A DNA stretch of 64,000 nt from Raillietiella orientalis (lineage: Eukaryota), in contig JAYWIR010000033.1 of the NCBI GenBank assembly GCA_036172245.1, positions 1,302,001 to 1,366,000 of the forward strand, read 5' to 3'. This document shows, in pieces, positions 51,051 to 64,000 of the stretch (position 1 is the first letter of the stretch; every line of letters starts with the position of its first letter). The notes below the pieces were generated by a model that was not told the DNA's origin, did not search any database, and saw only the letters and a program-made list of their open reading frames with translations. The translations under genes and the position numbers were made by a program.

Positions 51051-51899
51051 TTGTATAGGTTGGCCGAATGTGGTTTGAGTCTCTCTTGTGTGGCAGTAGG
51101 AAATCCCAGAAACCACGAAATGTACTTCCTTTAAAAGTAATGATGGGGGCAAAAGACCTTACATGTGGTATACACGTACAACTTTCCTCAAACACGTGTG
51201 GCTCTGTTTGCACGTATTTTTGCTATGGAACACGACATACGCATTGCATAGAAGAAAATTTGGCTTGGTATATTACATGCACAAAATCTCGTAGTGTACT
51301 GCCTGTTACACCTTCCACAGTTTTCAGGACAGGACACTTCCTACATAATGACGTGATACCAATGCAGAGATGGGACTATAACACAATAGGATCAGAAAAC
51401 GAATGCTAATGTGAACATAATGCCAATTAACGTTGAAGCGGGAAAATGCACGTTCCTGTCCGAAATATGAACCCAAACCTTCTAATTACGAACCCAAACC
51501 ATTTCATGGTTCCCAGAACCAACGAAAGCACGATATTCCCTTGCATATCGACGGATAAGGCGTGAAGGAATTTTAGGTGTAAAGCTTAAGACGTGAATAG
51601 GTGTGGTGGTGCGAGGTAGTGGGGGTTGGTGTTACTCCAACAGCTTAGTAACTTCCTTTTTAGTTCCCTTTTGCTTAATTGCTCGGCTATAATTTCACCT
51701 TCAAAGTTGGGATTTTTTTTCCCAATAATAAAACTCCTATTGACTGTCTGGAGAGGAGAGGGAGAAAAAAAAAAAAAAAAATCAATGGGACTGGAACGGG
51801 TTCCCCCGTTCATTAGTAAGGAAAAAATTGCCTTGCAAGAAATGGGACTCATATGAAGAACGTACAGTCTTAATAACAAATGACCTTTCGATGCGAAAT

Positions 51900-54300
51900 T
51901 AAAACCCCCTTTAACCAGAATGGCTGTGATTAAAAGATTTTCGATTCCGTCAGCTCATTTCAGCACAATGCCATTAGCAGGGTGAATTCGAAATCTCCCG
52001 ATTTCGGCCTCTGTCTAAAATCTCCATGTGCAGTGGATGATAGCTGATGGCACGAGAGGATTTCGAAATCCCTGCTCCAGCTTGGCAGCGAGGAAGTAGT
52101 GTTCCATTTGGGGGGAGTGTTCCTCGAGTGAGGGTTGTGTGATGAACCAGTCAATCACTCACCACATTGAGCAGAGCACGATCCCGGATCTCTGGAGATG
52201 AACCCGTACGAGACCACACGCTTTGATCACGTCACAGATCGATGCTATCCCATATGAGTCCCTTTGTTCGAGCAGCTTTCGCACCCGCAAAAAGTGGAGG
52301 GAGAGATTCGGAAACAGGTTGCTGAGTTACGCAAACGGGGAGAAGCACCGACGCTTCTCACTGAGAAACCCTTTCCGGAATATCCAACGGACCTTTGTGA
52401 ATCCAGAAATTCCTTTGGAAGAACTGGAGCCTTGGAATGCTTCGAGCCGTTGCTGCCTCTTGAGCACGATGGGAGGCAGCAAAGATTTTTCTGATGCGGA
52501 GCTTGGGTTCGGGACCAAAATGGATACACAACGGCGAAGCATTTGGTGTGCGAAGTGTATGTGGACAGCGCGTTCCTCAAGGAAGGCACTGTACGCCGTA
52601 CGCACAAGTTTCGGCCTTCACGTGCTGCAAAGTGACCTTCGCCCATAATGTGTTCGCAGTGCTCTGATGTCTTTTATTGCACATTTTTCTTCCTCGTCCT
52701 GATAAGTTGACTCTGATTCGGTCTGTTTCTTTTCCAAGGCGCTGAGAAGGAGAAAGCGATTCTTTTTCCCCTTCCAAACTTTAGGTGCCTTATCCATGCT
52801 CCTTGGGTATCGACGGAACAGCCTATTTCGGTAATCGGCCCTACGGCTGCACAGTCGGTATAGATCCAGGCAGAACTCGTAGTAAAAGAAGGAGGTGCAT
52901 TCAGGCATGGTGGCTTCTCACAATGTTTCGGTGCGTTCCACCATACGGCGCAGCCGAGACGGATGTGTTGTTCGCGCCAAGTTGCATCGCTGACCCAAAA
53001 TGAAGTGGTCTCACGGAGTTTCCTAGGCAACAGCAGCAAGTGCCTTGATGAACAGTACACCCTGCATTCGCGGCTGCAGCACCAATCTCCAGGTGCAGAT
53101 CAGAGAGCTAAGAAGACGATGGAAAGCATCTGCAAAACATGCGGCCCAAACTTTCGAAGAGTCCAAGAGAGGTGATGAAGCCATGGAAACGTTGGTTTTT
53201 AATGGAGAGGCAATTTCGTTCCGATCCCAATGCACCATCGGCCGCGCTCTATCGCCGCGCTACAAGCACATGACGTCCTTTCGTGCAGCAGACCCTAGCT
53301 ATCATATAGAGCCTGCTCCCTGTCAGCTCCCTGTCACCTACGACAACCCTGTCAGCTTATATCCTATGTAATCATCGGAAACCTTAACATCAAGAGACGG
53401 GTGGGAAACAGCAACCAGGAACAGGAAAACTTCTGCCTCCAGATAATTTGAAATGCATCTCGAAAACCAAAAAAGTTTCAAGATATCAATCAAGATCTCG
53501 GACTGTTTCTTCCGGTACGTGGACTTTTCCCCGTTTCAATCTCGGTGGAGCCTGGGACGACGCTCGTGCTATAAAAGCAAAGAAATCCGGTTCGACGAAA
53601 CCAAGGAAAAGACAACCACGGCTGGCTCGTAGCCGGGATGGTGCGTCCTCCACAGCCTCCATTCGGGAACACAGCCATATGCCGCGCTTACAAAAGCGTC
53701 AGCAATTTGCTCGTCGTGGAGTACGGGGGACAAGGTTCGTGGGGAAGCCCTCCACCCTCGCTGAGCTGCGCTTCCTGTTCCGGGAAAACTGCGTCTCAAT
53801 GCCCCAGCAAGGATGGACCAACCTTACACAACTAGTAGACCCACCCCTCATGGCTCCTGCATTTTTCAAGAGCTCCTGGATGTGTTCTTCTTCTAACGAC
53901 TTCCTCTGGGACACTACTTACCCTTGGAGTGAGGCGAGCAAGAGTCAGGGGGAAGAATTTCTTCCCTGCCGAGAAATTTGGGGCTGCTAAACCAGTGCAG
54001 CTAGCTATAGGCATTCGGGAACAGGGGAACAATTGGATCTGGATGAGGGATTACTTGCAGGGGTACGAAACTTTGCTCCGTAGAACTACAGAAATGGTTA
54101 TAACCATCTGGACCTCGTGGTGACTTATCTTGATTGATAGTAATTCAGCAAGTTACTGTGAAACTTATTCGGGTGCAATAATTGTTACTACGTTACTCAC
54201 AAGAGTGAACACGGCATGGTCTCCTAAAAGAGCGAACCCAGAAAGACGCACAGCACAACCCTTTTGGTCTCTTCCCTGTTATCGGAGATGGATGCTCAGG
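51900..54300 (+). mobile_element. Decayed LINE EN, linker and RT N-terminus
   Basis: ADGTRG (~52043-52060, AxGxxGG), LQSDLRP (~52625-52645, SDHxP), PAFFKSSW (ORF 53448-53990) and an LDxExxxxxVxxxF-like segment near 54035-54075. Confidence 0.6.
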
Positions 54301-54749
54301 TAGATGGACTCAGTCGTTCGATCCACTTACTGCTGTATAGCGTTTAGGTTTTCGAGTGGATTCCCCCGAAAGGTGGAAGGTGATGGAGGAAATCATCATC
54401 AGATTCCATTCCATCATCTTCAATTTGGTTTTTGTTTTTTTCCTATAGCTTTACCTGGAGGCATTTTGAATTCCCCTCTGCGTTTCCAATTGCAGTAACG
54501 CTCCAAACGTCCTTCATAACCAAACTCCGGGGAACCTTCAGTTTCACCTCATTGCAAGACTCTTAGGACTATTGTAAGAAGCAACATCCGATATCTGGAA
54601 CGAGTTTCCGTTACATACTGAGATCTCCGCTGTTCGTTTCACTTCCACTAAGGAGGACTTTTGTTGAGAATTCCTCATTTTGCAGTGGATCGTACGCCCT
54701 CTCCCTTGCTCAGTTCTTCCCTACCAGTATCCGAATGCTTTAGCCATTA

Positions 54750-55850
54750 ACCGAGATGCATCTATTCAGCTACTATCTACGTAAATGATGGCATCTTCAA
54801 TTTAGAGCGCATATGCGATTCTTGCAGACCTCGGCACCATCTCGTAGGGCAACGACCTCGGAGGAAATCAGCAACAGTCAAAGGCAATGGCAACCAGGAA
54901 TACAAAGTAGGCCCTTTTCTGAGAATGGAGCCCTCTTGGAATGCGAGCAAGTTTAAAATCTCGGTCCGCTCTGTTTCAAAAAATCTTGCATGGCTAACCG
55001 AATTTCCAAGTGTCAGCCCCCCTGTATCTCCTGGTAAAATCTGGCAGGACACAGCGAGGGTGTGGCTTTTGGGGGAAAATGCCAAACTTTCGCCCATCGC
55101 TGTCTGGTGGGCACTTCGTTCTTCCGTTGCTAGTAACTGAAAGACACGGTTCGCCAGCTCTGTTCTTGTGTCGGCCAAGTCCCCGAGATGTGGACGCAGG
55201 AACGGCCCACACCCCACCCTTGTTGAGCTGTTCCACAGCGCGAACCAAAACACAGTTGCATCTTCCTCTCTTCGAGTGCCAAACAGATACCCTGATGCTT
55301 CCTCTCTTGCGGGCAGCAGCTCATCCTCAAGGTCCGAAAGCGCACAGACTTGAGAATCGGCCTGGTGACCATCCATCTTCACGTTTTATCAATTTGGAGC
55401 GGGTTTCCCAGCGCCTCAAGTAAGCCGGATGAGGCGCATTGGTACGGCAGCCGCGTCTCAGATCCTGCCAAGATCTCGTCCTACGAACAGACCGTGGGTA
55501 CTTTTATCGCTGATCTCCGAGTCGATACATATCTTGCAACACATAACCACGCGAGATACCCAAGAGCAAGCGAACAGTCTGCAGTATCCTCAATGATAAT
55601 GAACACAAACACGGAAGCATCTGAGAGTTCCTTCAGACGGTTGCCTGAGTGATAAAAGCACTGTTGCGGATGCGCGAAAATCTTCATCTCTGTGGCATGC
55701 GCGGCCATGGAGATGGAAAGCTGTAACACGTTCCTAGTGTGCTATTCTGACGGTGATCGCGAACATTGGTCGATTGAAGCAAAGGGCGAAGAACTGGTCC
55801 AACGTAGGGCGGAGAGGAAGATGAAGGAGTTTTTCTCGTGGGAATGCGAT
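54750..55850 (-). mobile_element. Decayed LINE RT C-terminus and post-RT region
   Basis: Frameshifted MFA-DH (~55750-55768, FADD), FYHSGNRL (FxxxSGLxxN), ARYVS...DEILAGSETRL (YLG...KxxxRL) and FWFALWNSSTRVGCG (WxxLxxPKxxGGxG). Confidence 0.55.
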
Positions 55851-55919
55851 GTGTTGCTTATGAGGAGAATTGTAGAAATCGAGTTTCTAATCATTGTGTT
55901 TATTAATTACTGTGGTGTC

Positions 55920-56400
55920 TCAAAAGTAGAATAATGTTGAACTTACGGACAAAAGTCGTGATGTTCTGGTTGAGATTTTCTTGCATGAGAATAGTATGGT
56001 GCGCTGGGGGGAGGTGTGGTTGCCAGGAGCAGTAGAGAGGCTGTATTGTACGAGCAAATCGTCAGCCGCTGGTGACGTTCTGCATGAGTCTAGTGATAGC
56101 CAGAAAGGCCCTTCTTTGATGTGAGGGTTGAGATGATGCACCAACATATAAAACAAAGTCAAAGACTGTTTGCAGTCGCCACAGTTGTTCACACTCATCA
56201 CCACCACAAGCAAGGCAATAATACATAAATCCTTCGTTATAACCCTATCGTGTACCATCGACCTCGCCGTGCACATTCTGTACCCACCCTGTAGAAACTT
56301 AAATGTACGCAAAAAAAGCTCCAACGAGGCCTCTGGAAGCTCGATCTGTTTTTCGTTTCATTCTTCGCCTCATCCTTGAAATATCAGGTATCCCGCATCA
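55920..56400 (-). mobile_element. LINE zf-RVT remnant
   Basis: MVHDRVITKDL...NCGDCKQSLTLFYML matches HxRxxTxDxL...CxxC...T.xH. Confidence 0.5.
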
Positions 56401-56949
56401 CATTCAATTAATCTTTCGAAGCGGATCATTTGATATGATACATTCGTGGCATCCATCATGACTGGTTAGTGAAATACATGGTTGCGAACGTTGAGAAAAA
56501 CTTTCTCATGAATGAGACACAAAGCTCAGAAAATCCATGGGGTTCAGAAAGCACCGCTAATTTTTGCCCACCATGGTTGGATGCGCATGAAAAATGCGCT
56601 CCTCCCGGAGAAAAATACTGCACTCGATGCATTATGATTTGCTATATAAAATTCACCTTGAGAGAAACGATGCTTGAAACGGACGGATGCGGATCACCAG
56701 AAGATCCGGGAGTCTGCCGAGTTCGGAAATGGATTCACGAGGCCGCCACAGCCTTCAGCATCGTCTCGAAAGCCTACCTATCGTTTATCTCACTCTGAGG
56801 AGGCTGCGGTGGTACAAAGCGACTTTGCGAGAAGGCCCTTGGCATGATCTCTATTGAAGACCCCAGTCGATGACATTCACGCTGGCAGCCGAACACTCCT
56901 CCCTCCCTCTCCCCCTCTCACGTTGCCAGCCTCCACGGTTTCCTTTCGC

Positions 56950-58500
56950 TTTCTTAGATACGTGGACGCTCGAGGCGGGGAAACTCCCCAAACCCTTTGC
57001 AGTTCACCCTGAAAATTGTCTTGCCCCTTTAAATAAGTGGGATCAGATATTTTGGGGGGGAATTTGTGGTTGTTGTTTTTTCAATCATGAATCCTGCATT
57101 TCCCTCTAATGTACGTAATTAACCTATCATTCTGGAATGATCTTCGGCTTAGAGAATAGCATCGCGAGAACCAGGGAAAAGCTACCTAGGCAACCCAGTT
57201 TCTTAGCTGCTCAGCTTCATGAGGAATTTATCCATTGAGGAGTCCATAACCCTAGGGAGATCACTGCCCGTTGACATCTCAGAGCATCCGAATGCACACC
57301 GAAAGGTCATCACTTCGGGGCGCTTCCGTCGCAGTCGCTCTGCACCATTTTGACGAAGCATCTCCGTGGATGCGGGGCTGTGCCGTCGTTGCGCATTTTG
57401 AGCACGGGAAGTGCTGCACAGGACATGCAGCTGCAGGACAGTCGAGTCCCATTTAGTCCCACGAACACGCGGAAGCGCTGACAAGCTGTAGCACTCAGCG
57501 TGGATTCTGACCTTATCTGCAAGAGATTCAGATGCGTGCCTAAGAGTGCAGATCACATCTGAAACTCATGGAGGGCAAACTGCTGCTCCATGCAGGCAAA
57601 GAGGTTGCTGGGAGCAAAGGGAACCTGGAAAGAGACATAGTAAACCAGGACGAGAATCAGGAGATGCAGGGTCCACATCAAGACAGCGCAAAGTAATCGC
57701 AGGACCAGATTGCTTTCTTTGACCATTGGTGCCATCTGCTCAACAGGGTAGCAGTCGACTGCAGTGTGCTCTTACAATGGCACTTTTGCCTTACCTTGTT
57801 CCCCCCCTCAGGCGCCAAGTGCTCGTAAATTGGTGCATTGTACATGATGATGCCCGGACTGCGATGGAGGATTCGCACACATTTTGTGATGGGCTTTTTG
57901 GGTGGGCTCCATATAGCTCAACACACCTCAGTTACATAGTGTTTTGGATAATGAGCATGCGCGAAAAGTGCGCCACTCCTCCCTCACATATTGAAAGCAA
58001 AATCATCTTAGAGAAGGGATGCAGCACCATGAGAAACACTGATCTGAAGAAACACTCATTTGAGTGGTCACAAAAAAATGAACACTTAACACGGAAGGAT
58101 CATTCGGCTTTCCTTTTTTTTAATCTCAAAGTAAGTAAACAGAGAGACGTCCTGGCGAGGATCGTGGACGGAGTATCGTTGTATATGGGATTTTGCTCTC
58201 CCTTGAATCGGATCTTTGCTTGATTCCTGATGCCCACGGTCAACAGGAACCGGAATTACCACGCAGCGTTTCGTGAGCACACCAACCGACTTTGGCAACC
58301 ATCCCTGCCACTGTTCTCTGACGACGGACGGCGTCAAACAACTCTGACCCTTTGCCAGCAGGAGATCGAAGAAAGATGAGGGCTTTGCAGTCTGACTTTT
58401 TGGAAGATGAATCGGTGGTTTCGCAGCCCCGTATTCGGCAAAATGATTTGTGGCACGGAGATGAATCCTCAAAAGAAGCAAAAGCACCGTGTCTTCTTAT
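56950..58500 (-). mobile_element. Possible old LINE C-terminal remnant
   Basis: Cys/His-rich segment (EHLAPEGG...KCHCK) followed by LKMRN (WxxRN). Weak. Confidence 0.3.
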
Positions 58501-59399
58501 AAAAGGTTGTTCATCGATCTGAGCTGATTAGCAGAATGATTATGTCAGATTTTCGTGCTTAGAGAAGCGCAGACCTATGATGTCGAGTGACCACCAACCT
58601 ATTTAAGCACCGACTTTAGATCACCATGCCCTCCACTCCTTACCAACCGTCACGAAGCAGACCTTCTGCAAGAGGATGGAAACTCGAACGGAGCCAAGTG
58701 AGAGCTGTAGGAAATGCCTAGCTCTCATTCCTTCACGCATTCTCTCAACTCTTAAGCAAGAGTGGAACATTCGATGCTAAAGGGCTCGGGTGACTGAAGC
58801 TAAAGAGGCTAAGAGCTGAAACATGGAACTTTTGAGCAGACGCTCAAACTAAAAATAGGCTGTAGAGCGCTTAAAAATAGAAGAAAACGCACGTGATCCT
58901 CAGATTCCGCAACTTTGGCTTTGTCTTTCTCAAATGCCTTCAGAATCTTTGACGAGCGAATCTCTGGGAGGCTGCGTCCTTTCAACAGAATTTTGTGATC
59001 TCTTGTCCGAAAGACGACTGTGAAACCAGGTCCTCCATCTTGGAATCAGGTTCCTCTCGTTGATAGTTACAAAGATGGCTCCTCTAGCCTTGTTCAGATT
59101 CTGTGTTTCTCAGCCCTCATTGGGAATCCGAAGTGGTTCCGTGCCTTGAGGAACCGCTCCCCGAGATGACCTTCCTGAGGGGTGCAGCTACGTAGGAAAC
59201 TCAACAGGACAGCCGTCGGCATGCACGAAATCGAGTGGTTTTAGCAGCTACACCCAAGCACGCTGCGTCCTGAAAGGAGTGCACATCCCTGATGTCTCGA
59301 GGGCTGACTTTGAAAGAGTCAGCTTTCACCTCTGAGGATTAGAAAGCAGGGCTTCCTCTTCCGTTTCCTCGTTGCCTGATTGGTTGCGTTCCGTGGATC

Positions 59400-62300
59400 G
59401 AGCTAGGCGGCTCGTCACAAGATCTGTTCTTAGCATACGGACGGAGAGTTACCGTGACCACGAGGTTGTCCTTGTTCAACCATGGAGAGAAGAATCAGCG
59501 TCCCCTGGCTCCTCTCCTGCATCATCGGGCGAAAATCCAGTGCGAAGAAAATTCTGTGTTCCGTTCTCTTCCTCATGTGAGCTACCACGTGCTAAGGGCC
59601 GGATACAAAGAAAGGGTGAGAAAAGATCCACGGAGATCTACAGATGGAGATTTGCTTCGGCTACTTTGCGGGATAGAAGAAGATGCACCTGGGAAAACAT
59701 TCCTTTAAGGCTGTCTGTGAGTCTCCCTGTCGGATGAAGGTGCTCAGCCTGAGGACTGAATCTTAATCGGGAAGACAAACCTGTGGATGCTTCTTACGAA
59801 TCCCTTCTTCTGAAATACCGGATGCCTGCTAACTCGTTAGGGAAAAGAATCGCCGAGAAGTCTTTAGATGGGGTTTGTTAGGCTGGACCACGAGGCATTC
59901 AGAGGCTTCTCTCAGAAGATCCAGATTCAGGCAGTAAGATGCACCTCCTGCCATCTCCTAGGGACACAACTCGAAATCGGGTTGCTAACAGCAGAGAATT
60001 CTTGGCGACTGCCGTATCAACAACTACAAGATGCTTTTGCAGTGGTCGCCAAGAATCTCCCTTTCATCTTTATCCTGATAAACAGAGTCTGAATTGGCGC
60101 TCCTGCCCGAAGTTGCTCGAGCTGACTGAACGATTGCGGAAGAGTTTAATCTCTGGTGTTGTAAGCATGCTGTATCTTCTCGTCTTGTGAGCTTCGCTTC
60201 CTCCGTGAGAGATCGCGGCTGTTCGCGATGCACGGCAGCTGAGCTCTAGTAGGATAGGTGGCTCCTTTACTTTAGGGAAGTGACGCATGGTCCACCGCTG
60301 GCTCCAGGCATGGTGCCAGCGCAACTGCTTCCTGCGATTCGACCTCACGTGGTGCGAAACTGAACCCCTCGAGTGTGCTTGGTCCGCGTGCTGGCCGCTT
60401 TCGCCCGTGCTCTGTGATACCGCTCTCGCGCTCTTCCTCGCAAAAGTACCTTCCGGTAATTCAAGTCACGGGCGACTCGGGGGCCACGATCCCTGCCTAA
60501 ATTCCAGGCTTTCATCAGTCTCGTTACGAACTTTATCGGGCGAGTCTCATGCCACGTCTCTGGAGCGGGGAGTCGACTAGAACTAGGATGAGACTAGAAC
60601 TTTTCAGCTCTTTCTCTGGGAAGTCTTCCCTGTCGATCATTTCCCTCATCTGCGGCTTGGTTTGCACCCAAAAGACGGTTTACCTTCCTTCTTTCTTCCC
60701 TTTTTTATTCTCTATTTGAAGATTTCGCCTGTGACTTGGGGATGGAGAGTTCCTCTTCGCCCCAAATCGTCCGCGAAACCCATCCGCAGATCAGTCGTTC
60801 CCGGCAACCCCGGGAGATGGTACGGCGGCGGCGTCCCAGTGATAAAGCTGAATTCCATCGCGGATCCGTTCGAAGTCCTGACGTCACCAGGTCTGCATAC
60901 GTCACATTTCGCTCCGCCCGTTCGGGAGAGCGTCGAGATCCACGTGCACCACACCCACACGGAAACCAGAAGGCGGAGTTCTAAATGAGCTCAGCGCAGC
61001 TCCCCAAGTCGAGAGTGGGCCGTTCGCCGAAAGATGCAGCCAGACCAAATTTGAGGGAGGGAGGGAGCACCTAAGAGGAAGAAACACCTCGTAGCGGATT
61101 TGCAGCTCCAGTGTCTTCTTTGTAAACGTAACGGAGCAGCCGGCCACGGTAGCCGTGCGTGAGGTGTTCCCGATTCCACTGCAGCTAGTAGCTGGCCCCG
61201 AGGCAGTGTGCGGTCAGAGCAGCAGCGAGCCGTCAGCTGCACGCAAACTTTCAAGACTCACCAAACCGGAAAGTGCTAAGCTCCTCGCAATCACTCCCGG
61301 GTTCCGAGAATACGCAGCATGGACCGTCCGGAAGTACCCAATGGGGTCATCCTGCTAGGTCAGGTCTCCCTCTCTTCGCCCTCCACGGTGCTACCCTGCG
61401 AAGAGCTTCCCTACTCGAGAAGGGGTCTCTGCGGTCGAAAAGAAGAGCGCACCCCTTCCTTCTAGGAGCGGATAGATCTGGAAAGCCTCGAGGGTCCGTT
61501 GCGGAATCCGCAGCTTCCGTGTGCCAGAGATCACCGCGAGGTCGATTCGAAAAAGGAGAAGAGCTCGAGAGACCGTTCCCGCCTCCAGCCGGGTGCACAG
61601 GAACGGGTCGGGCGGTGCCAGTTGGCTCCTCCCAGATGGTGGGACGTCCCTTCAAAGCCGCGAGGTGGAGCGCCGCTCCGACGAGTCCCGACTCTCAGTG
61701 GTCGGCGGGAAGCTCCGTTCTGGACTTCCCAGAAACCGCCAGAGTCGACGCCTCCAAAGGAACACCCGCGCGGGCGAGGAGGGTGGGAAGGAGGCATGAA
61801 AGATTTAGTTGTGGTCTTCTTTTTCCTTGCCGCTCCGCAAGATCCTTGCGCGTCCCTTCGAGTTCATCCGTGTTCAGGAATGACCCTTTTCTCTTCGCAG
61901 CGTGTCCACACTCCCTGACCTCTTGAGGACGCTTTCATCTAAGGAGATGAACCCATGCGTATACCGTATGGTCTCTTCTCCTACGTTCCCACACCTCTTC
62001 CCGGGAATACCGGGTGTTCGATAGCGCCGTATACCCCGCCGATCGGCTTTGGAACCCTCAGGTTTCACCACTCCGATTCCCGAATCCTCAAGTTCCAAGC
62101 ATCCTACGACGATGATGGGAATCCTCCTGGGCTCTTTCGTTTTCGCCGCTTTCCTTCCAGCTTTTTTTTTCGTTTTGGCTCGTCAAGTGCTGGAGAACAG
62201 CTAGCTTCCTCAGGGTGGAGGTCACGAAGCTCTTCAAGCACTGTGAACGCCACCAGAGTTCGCGTAACTCTTCAGGTTATAGAGGGTAACCCGGGATGGA

Positions 62301-64000
62301 CCACCCTATGAATCCAGGAAGGCACTGGAGGAAGGAGTCCGTTGCTCTCTTACGCTTGGGAGGGAACCTCTTCCTTATTTTCTCCGGAGGGGACCAGGGG
62401 TTGTTTCTTCCTCAGAGTGACCCCAAGGAAAGGATCCGCTTCCTGTTTCCTCCCCTGAAGAGAACTCCGAAGGGAGCAGCTCGATTCTGACATTCCGGAG
62501 AGATGAACTCCTGAAAGAGTATGAACGGGTTCCATGTTGCGCAATGGACGGTTCCGTTTTCACAAGAGGGCTTTCTGATTGCTGAAAAAACTCTAAATCC
62601 CTGCCGGTCACCGGGAACATCCTCCCTTCATCAGTGCAGCACCCGAAACCCACACGCCTACCAGCGTCGTCCATGGCACACCCATTTCTCCAGGTGGGGA
62701 TTCGAACACAACGCCTGGTGCTACGCGCGAAGACCTCAGTCATCACGGCCGCCGACGCAAGCGCGTGGCCACAAGGAACTCACCCACTGCCTCCAGAGCT
62801 GTCCTGGAGGCAGTCCTCAGTACTTCCTCTGCCGTCGTTTCCTGCTGTCGGAAAAGCACCTGAAGTCCAGTAGTACCTTTCCTGCTCCCTACCCGGCTTA
62901 GCTCCAGATCTGTTCCCTGTATGGGCTCATCATAGGCTTACCAACCTCCCGCTGTTTCCGGGGACCCCCATTTGATCTGGGCTGTCAGTTCCATGTTTTC
63001 TGAAGACTCGGGTGCGTCCTCGGGGACTCTTTCCATGCGGCTCACCTCCCGCGCGTGCCACCGTTCCATCTTGGGTGAGCGACGTCCTCACAAACAGGAA
63101 GTCAGGTCGCGCCACATCGAATCGATTTGCAGTTAGCGGATCGGAGGTGTTCGCTGTTCAGAAGAGGGTGATTCTGACCGCGGTCTTGCCCGAGGCAGGG
63201 CAAGCTGTCCCCTCAGCCCGGCTGTATCCTGTGGATCCGTTTGAAATCGGTTCATTAACCGTTTGGCTGCGTCCGTATCGTGCAGTTGGGAATAAGATTA
63301 TATCTGGGACACTCAGAGTAGCCTTACCTGAGTGACCACTTCGCCTGAATCGGGCATGTGCATTCCATTCTGGTTGTGGGTGGCTGGAGTAGATCTCCCC
63401 TACCAAGACTTTCAAAGGAACTCTCACCTTATCCCCTTTTTTTTTTTTGAGGAGGGGAAGGGGAAGGGACAGAGGGAACGGCTCTTCAGCTGTTTCTTTC
63501 GCGTGACTCTCTTCTTCTCTCTTCCGATGAAGGATTTTCCACGAATCCCATGTGATCTATTAGTTTGCAAGAGAAAATTCCAGCTGGTCCCCCACCATCT
63601 AGGAAACCGACAGTCTCTTGCTGACGCACTTCCTTAACGCCTTGCTGCTACTCCTTTGTTCCTCTATAAGGACCGTCTCTGTTTATCAAAATGACAGGTC
63701 ACGGAGATGTTGCTTCCAATCTCTCGAGTCTACAGACTGAATGTGGACAGCTAGGAGGCTGTTGAAGACGCATGACTGTTTTTTTGTTTTTTGCTTAATC
63801 TCCTTAGCGATTTTCGGCTGTTGCTCTTATACCGAGATACCGGTTACCCCCTGCCGCCACAGATTTTTGGGAGGGAACCGTCAGAAGGCATTTCTGCATG
63901 CCTTTGGAGGCTCTCGGTCTGGTCCGCAGTTCTCAGTGGGGCCGGCCGTATCTGATATCACTAACGAGAAGGAGCACGGAGACGCTGTTGCCTGGCCACC
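59400..64000 (+). mobile_element. 5' part of a decayed LINE: long ORF1 region and start of EN, running off the window
   Basis: DUF4283-like segment at 59850-60360 (LNWRSCPKLL, NCFLRFDLT). 62260-62450 is homologous to 26890-27080 (minus). EN-like motifs at 63570-63960 (LY...DFWEG, W-GRP-S). Confidence 0.55.

Noticed and set aside
54777..55729. F-box/WD40-like host gene (SLAFSPKSHTLAVS; LKELSD...)
   Set aside because: The surrounding motifs follow LINE order (FADD, SGLxxN, YLG, WxxLxxPKxxGGxG), so the WD40-like look is coincidental.

Overview
This is eukaryotic DNA, probably from a non-seed plant or alga (inferred from the LINE domain architecture, not proven). I found no intact protein-coding gene, RNA gene or CRISPR array. 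Most of the 64 kb is a dense graveyard of decayed non-LTR retrotransposons of the L1/Tx1 type on both strands. They were recognised by eye from degenerate ORF1 (DUF4283/RRM-like plus CCHC), AP-endonuclease (SWN, GDFN, SDH), reverse transcriptase (PGxDG, QxxFxPGR, KAFDxxxW, RGxRQG, FADD, YLG), post-RT (WxxxxxPKxxGGLG) and C-terminal zf-RVT (CxxC...HLLxxC, WxxRN) motifs. All copies carry stops and frameshifts, and element boundaries are approximate. Notable points: (i) the 3' UTRs share a three-hairpin module (covarying CUGCGU hexaloop stem, GGGAAC-NNN-GUUCCC triloop stem, and a terminal hairpin after AATAAA with no poly(A) tail); (ii) head-to-tail chains of 3' fragments converge near 21,980; (iii) a double fold-back structure A-L-A'-B'-L-B lies at 21,554-21,818; (iv) a near-identical ~830-bp non-coding 3' unit occurs twice, plus a third mosaic copy; (v) a ~6-kb LINE-poor, CpG- and microsatellite-rich island lies at ~38.5-44.3 kb.
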